Part shown: one piece after another, positions 18,071 through 26,677 of the stretch
How the letters are laid out: each line of letters starts with the position of its first letter
How positions within the stretch are numbered: position 1 is the stretch's first letter
Assembly: GCA_043820105.1 (NCBI GenBank)
Contig: JBDREC010000031.1
Coordinates: 1-50,912, forward strand
Origin: Pseudomonadota bacterium
GTDB lineage: Bacteria; Bdellovibrionota_F; JAHFAK01; JBDREC01
DNA: 50,912 bases
Direction of reading: 5' to 3'
Program-made: the position numbers and the translations under genes
Notes under the pieces: generated by a model
Seen by the model: only the letters and a program-made list of their open reading frames with translations
Databases searched by the model: none
Told to the model about the DNA's origin: nothing

Positions 18071-19726
18071 ATGCCTTTCATTCCCGGTATTGATGACATA
18101 AAACGAATTCGTCAAATTGCCTCTGTCCTGGCTAAACATGGATTTGGTTTTGCAGTTGAATATCTAAATATAAATGACAATATTATATCCAGAATGCTTC
18201 ATCAATCAGCTGATGAAACTATTAAAATGACCATGCCTGAAAGGATTTTTCATGTTCTTTCTGAACTTGGACCAACATATATAAAACTTGGTCAAATTTT
18301 AAGCACACGACCTGATTTATTACCTGAAGCATATATTAAAGAGTTTAAAAAATTCCAGGATAATACAGCTTGCTTAACTTATGATATAATAAAAAAACAA
18401 ATTGAAGATAACTTAGGAACAGATATAGATAATATTTTTTCTGAAATTGACCCAAAACCTCTCGCCTGTGCCTCAATTAGCCAGGTCCATAAAGGCACTT
18501 TAAAAGATGGTCAAAAAATAGTTATTAAAGTACAAAGACCCGATATTGCAGATATTATAGAAACTGACCTTGATTTTTTGCATTTTTTTGCTCGTCAAAT
18601 TGAAAAAAGGAAGGATGATTTATTATTAAAACCAACTCAAATCGTTAAAGAATTTGAAAAGGCCATTCACCAGGAACTTGATTTTACTTTCGAAGCTTCA
18701 AATATAGATAAGTTTACAAGAAATTTTGAAAATCACCCTGGTCTTGTCATTCCAAAACTTTATAGAGAATACTCTTCAAAAAAAATATTAGTAATGGAAT
18801 TTATTGATGGTGTAAAAGTTTCAGACTATAAGAAAATTGGTGCAAATCCAAAAGTCATTGCAGAGTTAGGAATAAGTGCAATCTTTAAACAATTATTTGA
18901 AGATGGCTTTTTTCATGCAGATCCTCACCCTGGAAATCTTTTTGTATTAAAAGATAATCAAATTGCTTTTTTGGATTATGGCTTAATGGGAAGAATTAGT
19001 GAAGACCATAGGGAAAAAATTGTTATGCTGATAGCTGCTTTGGGAAAAGAGAATAGAGAAGATGTAGCGAATTGCCTTTATAATCTCTGTTATAAAAAAG
19101 AAAGAATTGATCTGGCTCATTTTAGAGAAGACATTGATAACCTTTTAATTGCCGTTTATGACAGACCTTTGAAAGAAATTGATCTGGGACGGTTATTAGG
19201 TGATCTTTCAAATATTGCCCAAAAATATAAAATGCAGATTCCCTCCTCATTTACAATGATGATTAAATCTATCATTACAATTGAATCAACTGCAAAAGAA
19301 GTCTATCCAGAATTAGATATTGTAAGTGATTTAAAACCGTTTATTGTCAGGCTAATGTGGCTAAAATGGAATCCAAATAAATTGTCACAGGATATATATA
19401 AAAACCTATCACAGGCAGCTGATTTATTTCAAGATATGCCAATACATATAATGGAAATAGTTCAGGACATAAGAAGAGGTGAATTAACTTTTAATATCAA
19501 AGATAAAGAAAAAAAATCATTTTATAAATTACTAGATGTCGCAAGCCTTAGACTGACTTTTGGTTTAGTAATTTCAGCGCTAATTGTTGGTTCATCAATC
19601 ATTTTGAAAACACAGCAAACCGGTTTTTTCGGCCTCAAAACAATAGGTTTTATGGGCTTTTCACTTGCAGGAATTTTAGGTGTTTGGCTTCTGATTTCTA
19701 TTCTAAAAACGGGCAAACTGAAATAA
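18071..19726 (+). CDS. ABC1/UbiB (AarF) family atypical kinase
   Basis: LGPTYIKLGQILSTRPD, ASISQVH, KVQRP, FFHADPHPGN, LDYG; C-terminal TM helices. Confidence 0.9.
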   Translation: MPFIPGIDDIKRIRQIASVLAKHGFGFAVEYLNINDNIISRMLHQSADETIKMTMPERIFHVLSELGPTYIKLGQILSTRPDLLPEAYIKEFKKFQDNTACLTYDIIKKQIEDNLGTDIDNIFSEIDPKPLACASISQVHKGTLKDGQKIVIKVQRPDIADIIETDLDFLHFFARQIEKRKDDLLLKPTQIVKEFEKAIHQELDFTFEASNIDKFTRNFENHPGLVIPKLYREYSSKKILVMEFIDGVKVSDYKKIGANPKVIAELGISAIFKQLFEDGFFHADPHPGNLFVLKDNQIAFLDYGLMGRISEDHREKIVMLIAALGKENREDVANCLYNLCYKKERIDLAHFREDIDNLLIAVYDRPLKEIDLGRLLGDLSNIAQKYKMQIPSSFTMMIKSIITIESTAKEVYPELDIVSDLKPFIVRLMWLKWNPNKLSQDIYKNLSQAADLFQDMPIHIMEIVQDIRRGELTFNIKDKEKKSFYKLLDVASLRLTFGLVISALIVGSSIILKTQQTGFFGLKTIGFMGFSLAGILGVWLLISILKTGKLK

Positions 19727-19754
19727 GTGGTAAGCTAAAAAAGGAGTGTGAAAT

Positions 19755-20847
19755 ATGAAAGAACAGGAAAATAAGTTAAAGGATTTGAAGGTCAGGATAA
19801 CGAATCTAGGGAGGTATCTTTGAAATAGATAGCCTTAAAAATGAACTTAATAAAATTGAAGATATGACAGCAAAAACAGACTTTTGGAATGACCAAACAA
19901 AAGCAGAACTTAACTTAAAAAAACAAAAACTAATCAAAGATAAATTAGATAATTTTAATTTTCTTAAAAACGAAACAGAGGATCTTTTAGAATTGATTAG
20001 TCTTTTAGACGGCTCTGATCATGCTTTTGAGCGAGAATTTGATGAAAGGCTTTATATCCTTGAAGATAAGCTTGCTAAAACAGAATTAAAAAGAATGCTG
20101 TCTTCTGATCTGGATACTAATAGTGCTATTTTAACACTTAACTCAGGTGCTGGTGGAACTGAAGCCTGCGATTGGGTTGAAATGCTTTTAAGAATGTATC
20201 TTAGATGGTGTGAAAAGAATGAATTTAAGGCTAAAATTTTTGATATTCTTGAAGGTGAAGAAGCAGGTCTTAAAAATGTTTCTTTAACAGTAAGCGGAGA
20301 ATATGCTTATGGCTATTTAAAAGCTGAATCCGGTATTCATCGATTAGTAAGGATTTCTCCTTTTGATTCTAATAAAAGACGACATACTTCCTTTGCCTCA
20401 GTTCATGTTTTTCCTGATATAGAAGAAGATAATGAAATTGATATTAATGAAAAAGATCTGCGTATTGACACTTATAGAGCTCAAGGAGCTGGTGGGCAAC
20501 ATGTTAACAAAACAGACTCTGCTGTTAGAATCACACATATTCCTACAAACACTGTTGTTCAATGTCAAAATGAGAGAAGCCAACATAAAAACAAGGCAAG
20601 CGCTATGAAAATTTTAAAAGCACGGCTCTTTCAGTTAGAAGAAAAAAAGAAAAAAGAACAGCAAGAAAAACTAAGTCCTGAGAAAAAAGATATAGCATGG
20701 GGAAGTCAAATCAGATCATACGTTATGCAACCATATAGAATGGTCAAAGATCATAGAACAAATTTTGAAAAAGGCAATGTTGATGCTGTTTTAGATGGTG
20801 ATATAGATGAATTCATAGAAAAATACTTGCTTGAATTTTCATCATAG
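19755..20847 (+). CDS. prfB: peptide chain release factor 2 with programmed +1 frameshift
   Basis: ATG at 19755 after an AAGGAG RBS; internal SD AGGGAGG, then TAT CTT TGA A at 19815-19824. The +1 frame continues to SPF and GGQ motifs. Confidence 0.95.
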
Positions 20848-20893
20848 TTTGTAAATTCGATTGCTTTATTTAGAAATGCTGTGTTTAAAAAAA

Positions 20894-20961
20894 ACCACGG
20901 AGACACAGAGACACAGAGAAATTTTTATTATAAATACTCTGTGCCTCTGTGACTCTGTGGT
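20894..20961. repeat. inverted octamer-repeat hairpin (ACACAGAG units)
   Basis: accacggagacacagagacacagag (20894-20918) / ctctgtgcctctgtgactctgtggt (20937-20961). Confidence 0.8.
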
Positions 20962-20980
20962 AAATTCAGGAGTTACAGAT

Positions 20981-22291
20981 ATGCTAAACCCAATTGGAAT
21001 AAGAAGAGAAGACAAAAATGAATTTGAAAAAAGGGTTCCATTAATTCCATCAGATTTGGAAGAAATAATTAAAAAAACAGGGGCAAAATTCATAATCCAA
21101 CCATCTCTTATCCGAGCTTTTTCACAAGAAGATTATCTAAAGGCAGGGCTAGCTGTAAGTGAAGACATAAGTGAAGCTAAAATTGTTTTTGCTGTTAAAG
21201 AAATCCCAGTCCAACTTATTGAAAAAGACAAGGCCTATGTTTTCTTTTCTCACACAATAAAAGGTCAAGAATACAATATGCCTCTTTTGCAAAAACTTAT
21301 AGATCAAAAATGCACTTTAATTGATTATGAAAAAATTACAGACTCCGATAACAAGCGTTTAGTCTTTTTCGGAAGATATGCTGGAATTGCAGGAATGATC
21401 GATACTCTTTGGGCATATGGAAAAAAACTATCAAAAGATAATGTGCAAAACAATCCCTTTGATCACTTATTAAACACATATAAATATTCAAGTTTAGACA
21501 AGGCAAAAGGCGAAATACTCCTTGCTTCTGATAAAATTAAAGCCATGGGAATTCCAGAAAGCATTTCTCCTCTTGTTATTGGCATAACAGGCTATGGCAA
21601 TGTTTCAAAGGGCGCTCAAGAAATCCTGGATATCCTGCCATGCAAGGAAATTCGTGCTAATGAATTGCTTAATTTAAAAAATGTTAATAAGAAACTAATC
21701 TATAAAGTAGTTTTTAAAGAAGAAGATTTATTTATATCTAAAAGCAACAAAGCATTTGAACTAGAAGATTATTATTATAATCCACAAGATTATGAATCGA
21801 TTTTTGAAAAATATGTTCCATCAATGGAAATCATTGTTAATTGTATATATTGGAATATAATGTATCCAAAACTTATAACCAAAGCATATACAAAGTACCT
21901 TTATTCATCTATTAAACATAACAAATTAAAAGTCATAGGTGACATATCATGCGATATAGAAGGATCTATTGAACCTACTGTTAAAGCAACTTATCCTGAT
22001 AATCCTGCTTATCTTTATGACATAAATAAAGATGAAGCCATTGCAAGTTTTAGTGGAGATGGTCCAGTAATAATGGCAGTTGATAATCTTCCCTGTGAAC
22101 TTCCAAAAGAAGCAAGCGAAGAGTTTTCCAGAGCTTTAAGAGACTTTCTGCCATCAATAATTAACTCCGACTTATCTAAAGGTCTTGAAAACTGTGGTTT
22201 TCCTGAAGAAATAAAACGAGCAACCATTCTTTATAACGGCGAATTTACTCATGATTTTGAATACATGAAAGATTTTTTGTCTTTAACTTGA
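20981..22291 (+). CDS. lysine-ketoglutarate reductase / saccharopine dehydrogenase (lysine-forming), AASS LKR-domain-like
   Basis: GIRREDKN..E.RVPL, FFSHTIKGQ..NMPLL, IDYEK, FFGRYAGIAG, GYGNVSKGA, DISCDIEGS, VDNLPCELP; ATG 20981 follows AGGAG. Confidence 0.85.
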   Translation: MLNPIGIRREDKNEFEKRVPLIPSDLEEIIKKTGAKFIIQPSLIRAFSQEDYLKAGLAVSEDISEAKIVFAVKEIPVQLIEKDKAYVFFSHTIKGQEYNMPLLQKLIDQKCTLIDYEKITDSDNKRLVFFGRYAGIAGMIDTLWAYGKKLSKDNVQNNPFDHLLNTYKYSSLDKAKGEILLASDKIKAMGIPESISPLVIGITGYGNVSKGAQEILDILPCKEIRANELLNLKNVNKKLIYKVVFKEEDLFISKSNKAFELEDYYYNPQDYESIFEKYVPSMEIIVNCIYWNIMYPKLITKAYTKYLYSSIKHNKLKVIGDISCDIEGSIEPTVKATYPDNPAYLYDINKDEAIASFSGDGPVIMAVDNLPCELPKEASEEFSRALRDFLPSIINSDLSKGLENCGFPEEIKRATILYNGEFTHDFEYMKDFLSLT

Positions 22292-22360
22292 CCCCCAAAT
22301 TTATATTGGTTAGATTTTTATTTATTATACCTTATCTTTTATTGAGCATGGAGATAACAA

Positions 22361-23683
22361 ATGAAAAATATACTTGTCCTGGGATCCGGTTTAGTAGCGA
22401 GACCCTTAGCAAGTTATCTATTAAACCACCAAGATTATAAAGTAACCATTGCAAGCAAAGAAGTTGAAAAAGCCCAAAAGTTAATTGATAATCACCAAAA
22501 TGGTAATTTCGTTAAACTCAATGTTGATATGAAAGAAAAACTTCAAGAGCTAGTAAAGAATCATGATATCATAGTTAGCTTATTACCGAGTTATTATCAC
22601 CCACAAGTCGCTAAAATCTGCATTGAAGAAAAGAAAAATATGGTTACAACATCATATGTTAGTGATGAAATGCAATCCTTTGATAAAAAAGCAACGGAAG
22701 CAGGTGTCTTGATACTGAATGAAATGGGTGTAGATCCTGGAATTGACCACATGTCTGCAATAAGAATTATTGATGCCGTTCGGGCAAAAGGTGGAAAGAT
22801 TACATCCTTTAAAAGCTATTGTGGTGGACTTCCAGCTCCTAAAAACAATGACAACCCTTTTGGTTATAAATTTTCATGGTCACCCAAGGGAGTTTTGCTA
22901 GCAGGAAGAAGTCATGGCAAGTATTTAGAAAATGGCCAAGAAATTTTTGTAGATAAAGATGATTTATTTTCTCATTATAATCAAATAACAATCGGTGAAG
23001 TCGGCACATTAGAAGCCTATCCGAACAGAGATTCTATCCCCTATATCAAAGCATATGGCTTTGATAAAATTCACACCATGTTAAGAGGCACCTTAAGAAA
23101 TATTGGTTGGTGTCAGACAATGAAAGCCCTAACTGATTTGAAATATTTAAATGAGGACAAACTTGATCAACTAGAGGGGAAAACATACGCTCACCTTACT
23201 AGTAGACTTTGTGGTGGCAAAATAGAATCTGTAAAAGAAGATTGTGCTAAGTATTTAAACCTAGATGTTTCTGATAAAATAATTAATACCCTGGAATGGC
23301 TTGGATTATTTAGCAACAAAGCTCTTCCTGATAAGCAAGATAATTGTATAGACTTACTTACAAGCATAATGCTTGAAAAAATGTCATATAAAGATAAGGA
23401 ACAAGACATGATTGTTCTATTTCACGATTTTCTTGCAGAATACCCAGATGGCAAAAAAGAAAAAATCACCTCAACATTAATAGATTATGGAATTGAAGGT
23501 GGAGATAGCTCTATGTCAAGGACTGTTAGCCTACCTGCTGCCATAGCAACAAAGTTAATCCTATCAGGCGAAATCCAAAATCATGGTGTTTACATTCCAA
23601 ATATCCCTGAAATTTATAATCCAGTTCTTGATGAATTAGAAAAAATGAATATTAAATGCACTGAAGAAACAAAGATCGTTTAA
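22361..23683 (+). CDS. saccharopine dehydrogenase (glutamate-forming, Lys9/AASS SDH-domain-like)
   Basis: VLGSGLVA, TTSYVS, EMGVDPGIDH, SYCGGLPAP, YKFSWSP, YPNRDS, RGTLR, MSRTVSLP. Confidence 0.9.
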   Translation: MKNILVLGSGLVARPLASYLLNHQDYKVTIASKEVEKAQKLIDNHQNGNFVKLNVDMKEKLQELVKNHDIIVSLLPSYYHPQVAKICIEEKKNMVTTSYVSDEMQSFDKKATEAGVLILNEMGVDPGIDHMSAIRIIDAVRAKGGKITSFKSYCGGLPAPKNNDNPFGYKFSWSPKGVLLAGRSHGKYLENGQEIFVDKDDLFSHYNQITIGEVGTLEAYPNRDSIPYIKAYGFDKIHTMLRGTLRNIGWCQTMKALTDLKYLNEDKLDQLEGKTYAHLTSRLCGGKIESVKEDCAKYLNLDVSDKIINTLEWLGLFSNKALPDKQDNCIDLLTSIMLEKMSYKDKEQDMIVLFHDFLAEYPDGKKEKITSTLIDYGIEGGDSSMSRTVSLPAAIATKLILSGEIQNHGVYIPNIPEIYNPVLDELEKMNIKCTEETKIV

Positions 23684-23700
23684 ACACATTTATTTTTTAT

Positions 23701-23901
23701 GAAAATCTCAGGAGAGTTATTTTTAAAAGGGCATGCGCCCCAGTCGCTACACTCAGGCATTAAAAGACTTTATTTTGTAATTGATAAAGAGCTTCATTCT
23801 TTCGCTTTTTTCAATAACAAAATAATAGCCTTTTAAGGCCTTCGTTGCAGCTCCTTCCTGGCTTTTTATGCCCTTTTAAAAATAACTCTCCTGAGATTTT
23901 C
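23701..23901. repeat. long palindromic element A (MITE-like or structured RNA)
   Basis: Perfect 34-bp terminal inverted repeat (23701-23734 / 23868-23901), with further nested complementarity inside. Confidence 0.75.
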
Positions 23902-23977
23902 TTATATAAAAAATACTCACTGTGCTTAACTATTTATAATGGCGTTGATCACCCATCTTATTCTTAATAAAATATTG

Positions 23978-24221
23978 GCCTGATTTTAATAGAAAAGGAA
24001 ATCGTATCTTCATTTCAACAAAAGTGTATCGGAGCCGCGCTAGCCGGCTTTTCCTAGTAGAAGTTAAATGAAATTAGTATATATAATTCATTGTAATTCT
24101 TCAATTTCATTTTACTTATACTTGGAAAATAGCGCGGTGAGATCAAGGCCAAAATTCCGCAGGGAATTTTGAGCCGTCTTTTTTTGAAATGAAGATACGA
24201 TTTCCTTTTCTAAAATCAGGC
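23978..24221. repeat. long palindromic element B (MITE-like or structured RNA)
   Basis: Perfect 29-bp inverted repeat (23990-24018 / 24184-24212), outer gcctgatttta/taaaatcaggc, inner ccgcgcta/tagcgcgg, and side hairpin aaaattcc-gcag-ggaatttt. Confidence 0.75.
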
Positions 24222-24237
24222 AAGTGTGTACCTTTTT

Positions 24238-24792
24238 CTATTTTTGATATTTCCCGACAATAACCCGGGCTGGAATAAATAGCTTTTTCTTTCGTAAAAA
24301 TCCTGGGGAGACTTCTTTTAAAACAACATCATTTTTGTCTTCGTTGGAAACAGGCTCTGTTGCGATAGCTTCATGATACTTGTAATCAAAATCTTTGCCA
24401 ATGCTTTCAATTTCCTCCATTCCAAATTTATCGAAAATCTTTTCAATGATTGGAATTGTAAGCTTTACACCTTTGATTATTTCATCATTATTGGCTGTTT
24501 CTTTATCACAATGTCCTAACGCACATTTTAAATTTAAATAAACATCAATAATTTCTGTTAAAACTTCTTCTCTGCCGTAATCAAGACATTTAGCCTTATC
24601 TTCATCAACCTTTTTCCTGAAATTATCAAAATCCGCTTTTGTTCTTTGAAGAAGCTGTCGCAATTCATCTATTTCATTAATTTCTACTGTTTTTTCGTCA
24701 TCTTCTAATTCTGGCTCTTTATCTATAACTTCATTAATTTCTATGACATCATCTTCTTTGATTATCTTTATTTTTTTATCTTCTCCAGACAC
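24238..24792 (-). CDS. grpE: nucleotide exchange factor GrpE
   Basis: RTKADFDNFRK, FD..YHEAI, PARVIV; GTG start after AAGGA. Confidence 0.9.
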   Translation of the reverse strand: MSGEDKKIKIIKEDDVIEINEVIDKEPELEDDEKTVEINEIDELRQLLQRTKADFDNFRKKVDEDKAKCLDYGREEVLTEIIDVYLNLKCALGHCDKETANNDEIIKGVKLTIPIIEKIFDKFGMEEIESIGKDFDYKYHEAIATEPVSNEDKNDVVLKEVSPGFLRKKKLFIPARVIVGKYQK

Positions 24793-24829
24793 AATCTATC
24801 CTTTCGTATTGAATCCTTCATTATCTGTC

Positions 24830-24869
24830 CTCTTGTCCCCTAGTCCCCTTGCGCTCTTATTCCCTTGTT
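24830..24869. repeat. octamer tandem micro-array abutting the dnaJ-like stop
   Basis: ctcttgtc ccctagtc cccttgcg ctcttatt cccttgtt. Confidence 0.65.
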
Positions 24870-24870
24870 A

Positions 24871-25890
24871 TTAAAACATCCCTTCTCTCGGATCATAAGT
24901 ATTCTTTTCGGCAAATTCTAACAACAGCTTTTCTGATCCTTTATTTATCTTCTCAGGCAGTAAAATCCATATATATACATATAAATCTCCAGGACCAGTT
25001 TTACTTTGAACTCCTTTGCCTTTTAATCTTAGCTGTTCATTGCCTTTTGATCTCGCTGGAATTTTTAAACTAATTTCTTTTTCACCAAGCTTAATTGGAA
25101 CCTTTGTTCCATTTAAAGCTTCTGATAAAGATATAGGAAGATCAAGTTTAAGATCTTTACCATCCCTTTTATAAACCTTGTCAGGATTAACTTTAATATT
25201 TATATAAAGATCACCATTTTTCCCGCCATTTTTCCCTTGAGCTCCCTTGCCTTGCAATCTCACTTTTGATCCATTGTCAACTCCTGCTGGAATTGTAACC
25301 AATAAACTTTCAAGTTTCTTCACAAAACCTTGATTTCTACAAACTGCACACCCTGCCCCATGGCAACTTTCACAAGGTCTGTTTATATTAAATTTAAGCT
25401 CTTGCTTGCTTCCATTTACAGCTGACCAAAAAGGCAAGAATAAGTTAGTCTCTACATCAGACCCATTTGAAGGCTTTGCTTGATTAAATCCAAATCCGTG
25501 AGATCTAGCCTGACCTTGTGAAAATCCACCGCTAAAAATATCTGAAAAAATATCTGAAAAAGGATTTGCCTTTGAACTTTTTTGAGAAAATCCGCCACCT
25601 GAAAACAAATCTTCAAAGATACTTGAAAAATCTTGATGATATTTACCCTGAAAATTCTGACCATAGTTGCCAGAAAATCCCATTTTTTTATACTGATCGT
25701 ATTCAGCCCTCTTTTTTTCATCACTCAAAACATAGTAGGCTTCTGATATTTCTTTGAATTTTGCCTCAGCTGTCTTATCGTCTTTATTCCTGTCAGGATG
25801 ATATTTAAGAGCAAGTTTCCGATATTTCTTCTTAATCTCATCTTTTGAGTCACTCTCATTACAGCCCAATATCTTATAAAAATCCTGCAT
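24871..25890 (-). CDS. dnaJ: DnaJ-class co-chaperone with abbreviated zinc-finger region
   Basis: J domain with HPD, G/F-rich linker, only CESCHGAG-CAVCRNQG, and a C-terminal domain with IPAGVDNG and GDLY. Confidence 0.85.
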   Translation of the reverse strand: MQDFYKILGCNESDSKDEIKKKYRKLALKYHPDRNKDDKTAEAKFKEISEAYYVLSDEKKRAEYDQYKKMGFSGNYGQNFQGKYHQDFSSIFEDLFSGGGFSQKSSKANPFSDIFSDIFSGGFSQGQARSHGFGFNQAKPSNGSDVETNLFLPFWSAVNGSKQELKFNINRPCESCHGAGCAVCRNQGFVKKLESLLVTIPAGVDNGSKVRLQGKGAQGKNGGKNGDLYINIKVNPDKVYKRDGKDLKLDLPISLSEALNGTKVPIKLGEKEISLKIPARSKGNEQLRLKGKGVQSKTGPGDLYVYIWILLPEKINKGSEKLLLEFAEKNTYDPREGMF

Positions 25891-25918
25891 TAATCTTCCT
25901 TCTCATCTTAAACTTTAA

Positions 25919-25960
25919 CGTTACCGTTACCGTGCCCGTAAGCATTCCCATAACCGAACT
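25919..25960. repeat. degenerate hexamer micro-array (CGTTAC-like)
   Basis: cgttac cgttac cgtgcc cgtaag cattcc cataac cgaact. Confidence 0.45.
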
Positions 25961-26103
25961 TTCCTCAACTAAAATAAGCATTTATTTCAAATAGTCAAGT
26001 GCATGCAATTTCTGTAATACAAGCAATTGCCATCTTATTTTAATTGATTAAAATTTCTGGCTTTGTTAATCAAAGTGTAATTTTTATAAAATAAAGGCTA
26101 ATT

Positions 26104-26583
26104 ATGAGCATTGCATTTTTCTTGGCCATTGTTTTTATGATAATCGGTCTCTTTGGAATCATCATTCCGTTAATTCCCAGCCTTCCCTTAATATGGTTAA
26201 CAGCCTTACTTTATGCATTGTATACAGGCTTTTCAAAAATTAGCATTACATTCATTGTCTTTTTCGGAATCCTAACAGCATTTAGTTTTATAATAGATTA
26301 CCTTACAACATACTGGGGTACCAAAAAAATGGGGGCTTCAAAGTGGGGTTTACTTGGTGCTTTTGTTGGAATGATTGTTGGATTTATCTTTGGAAATATT
26401 ATTGGAATAATAATTGGTCCATTTATTGGTGTTGTTGTCTTTGAACTTATTTTTGGAAAAAATCTTGATCAAGCGACTAAAGCAGGTTTTGGTACCTTCC
26501 TTGGCTGGCTTTCAAGTACAATAATTAAACTAGTATTTGGATTAATAATGATAGTTTCCTTTTGTTATATAGTTTTAGCTTAG
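26104..26583 (+). CDS. DUF456 family membrane protein
   Basis: IIPLIPSLPLIW, DYL..YWGTKKMGASKWG..GA..G, GPFIG...FEL. Confidence 0.85.
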   Translation: MSIAFFLAIVFMIIGLFGIIIPLIPSLPLIWLTALLYALYTGFSKISITFIVFFGILTAFSFIIDYLTTYWGTKKMGASKWGLLGAFVGMIVGFIFGNIIGIIIGPFIGVVVFELIFGKNLDQATKAGFGTFLGWLSSTIIKLVFGLIMIVSFCYIVLA

Positions 26584-26597
26584 CTTGTAGCTTGTAG
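26581..26597. repeat. heptamer micro-array TAGCTTG starting at the stop codon
   Basis: tagcttg tagcttg tag; reverse complement of the CTACAAG unit at 50814. Confidence 0.55.
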
Positions 26598-26677
26598 AAT
26601 AATAAAACATGAAATTAATGTTTTTGCAAATCTGTATGATAAATTTTTTAACTTTAATGTGTTCCTAGGAGATATTA

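Noticed and set aside
19821-19823. prfB as a pseudogene
   Set aside because: The in-frame TGA lies in the known programmed +1 frameshift motif.
20861-20980. N-terminal extension of the LKR gene
   Set aside because: It is translated palindromic repeat; the RBS and homology begin at 20981.
23684-24237. tRNA, rRNA or an autonomous IS in the long intergenic gap
   Set aside because: No cloverleaf/T-loop consensus and no transposase ORF; only palindromes are present.
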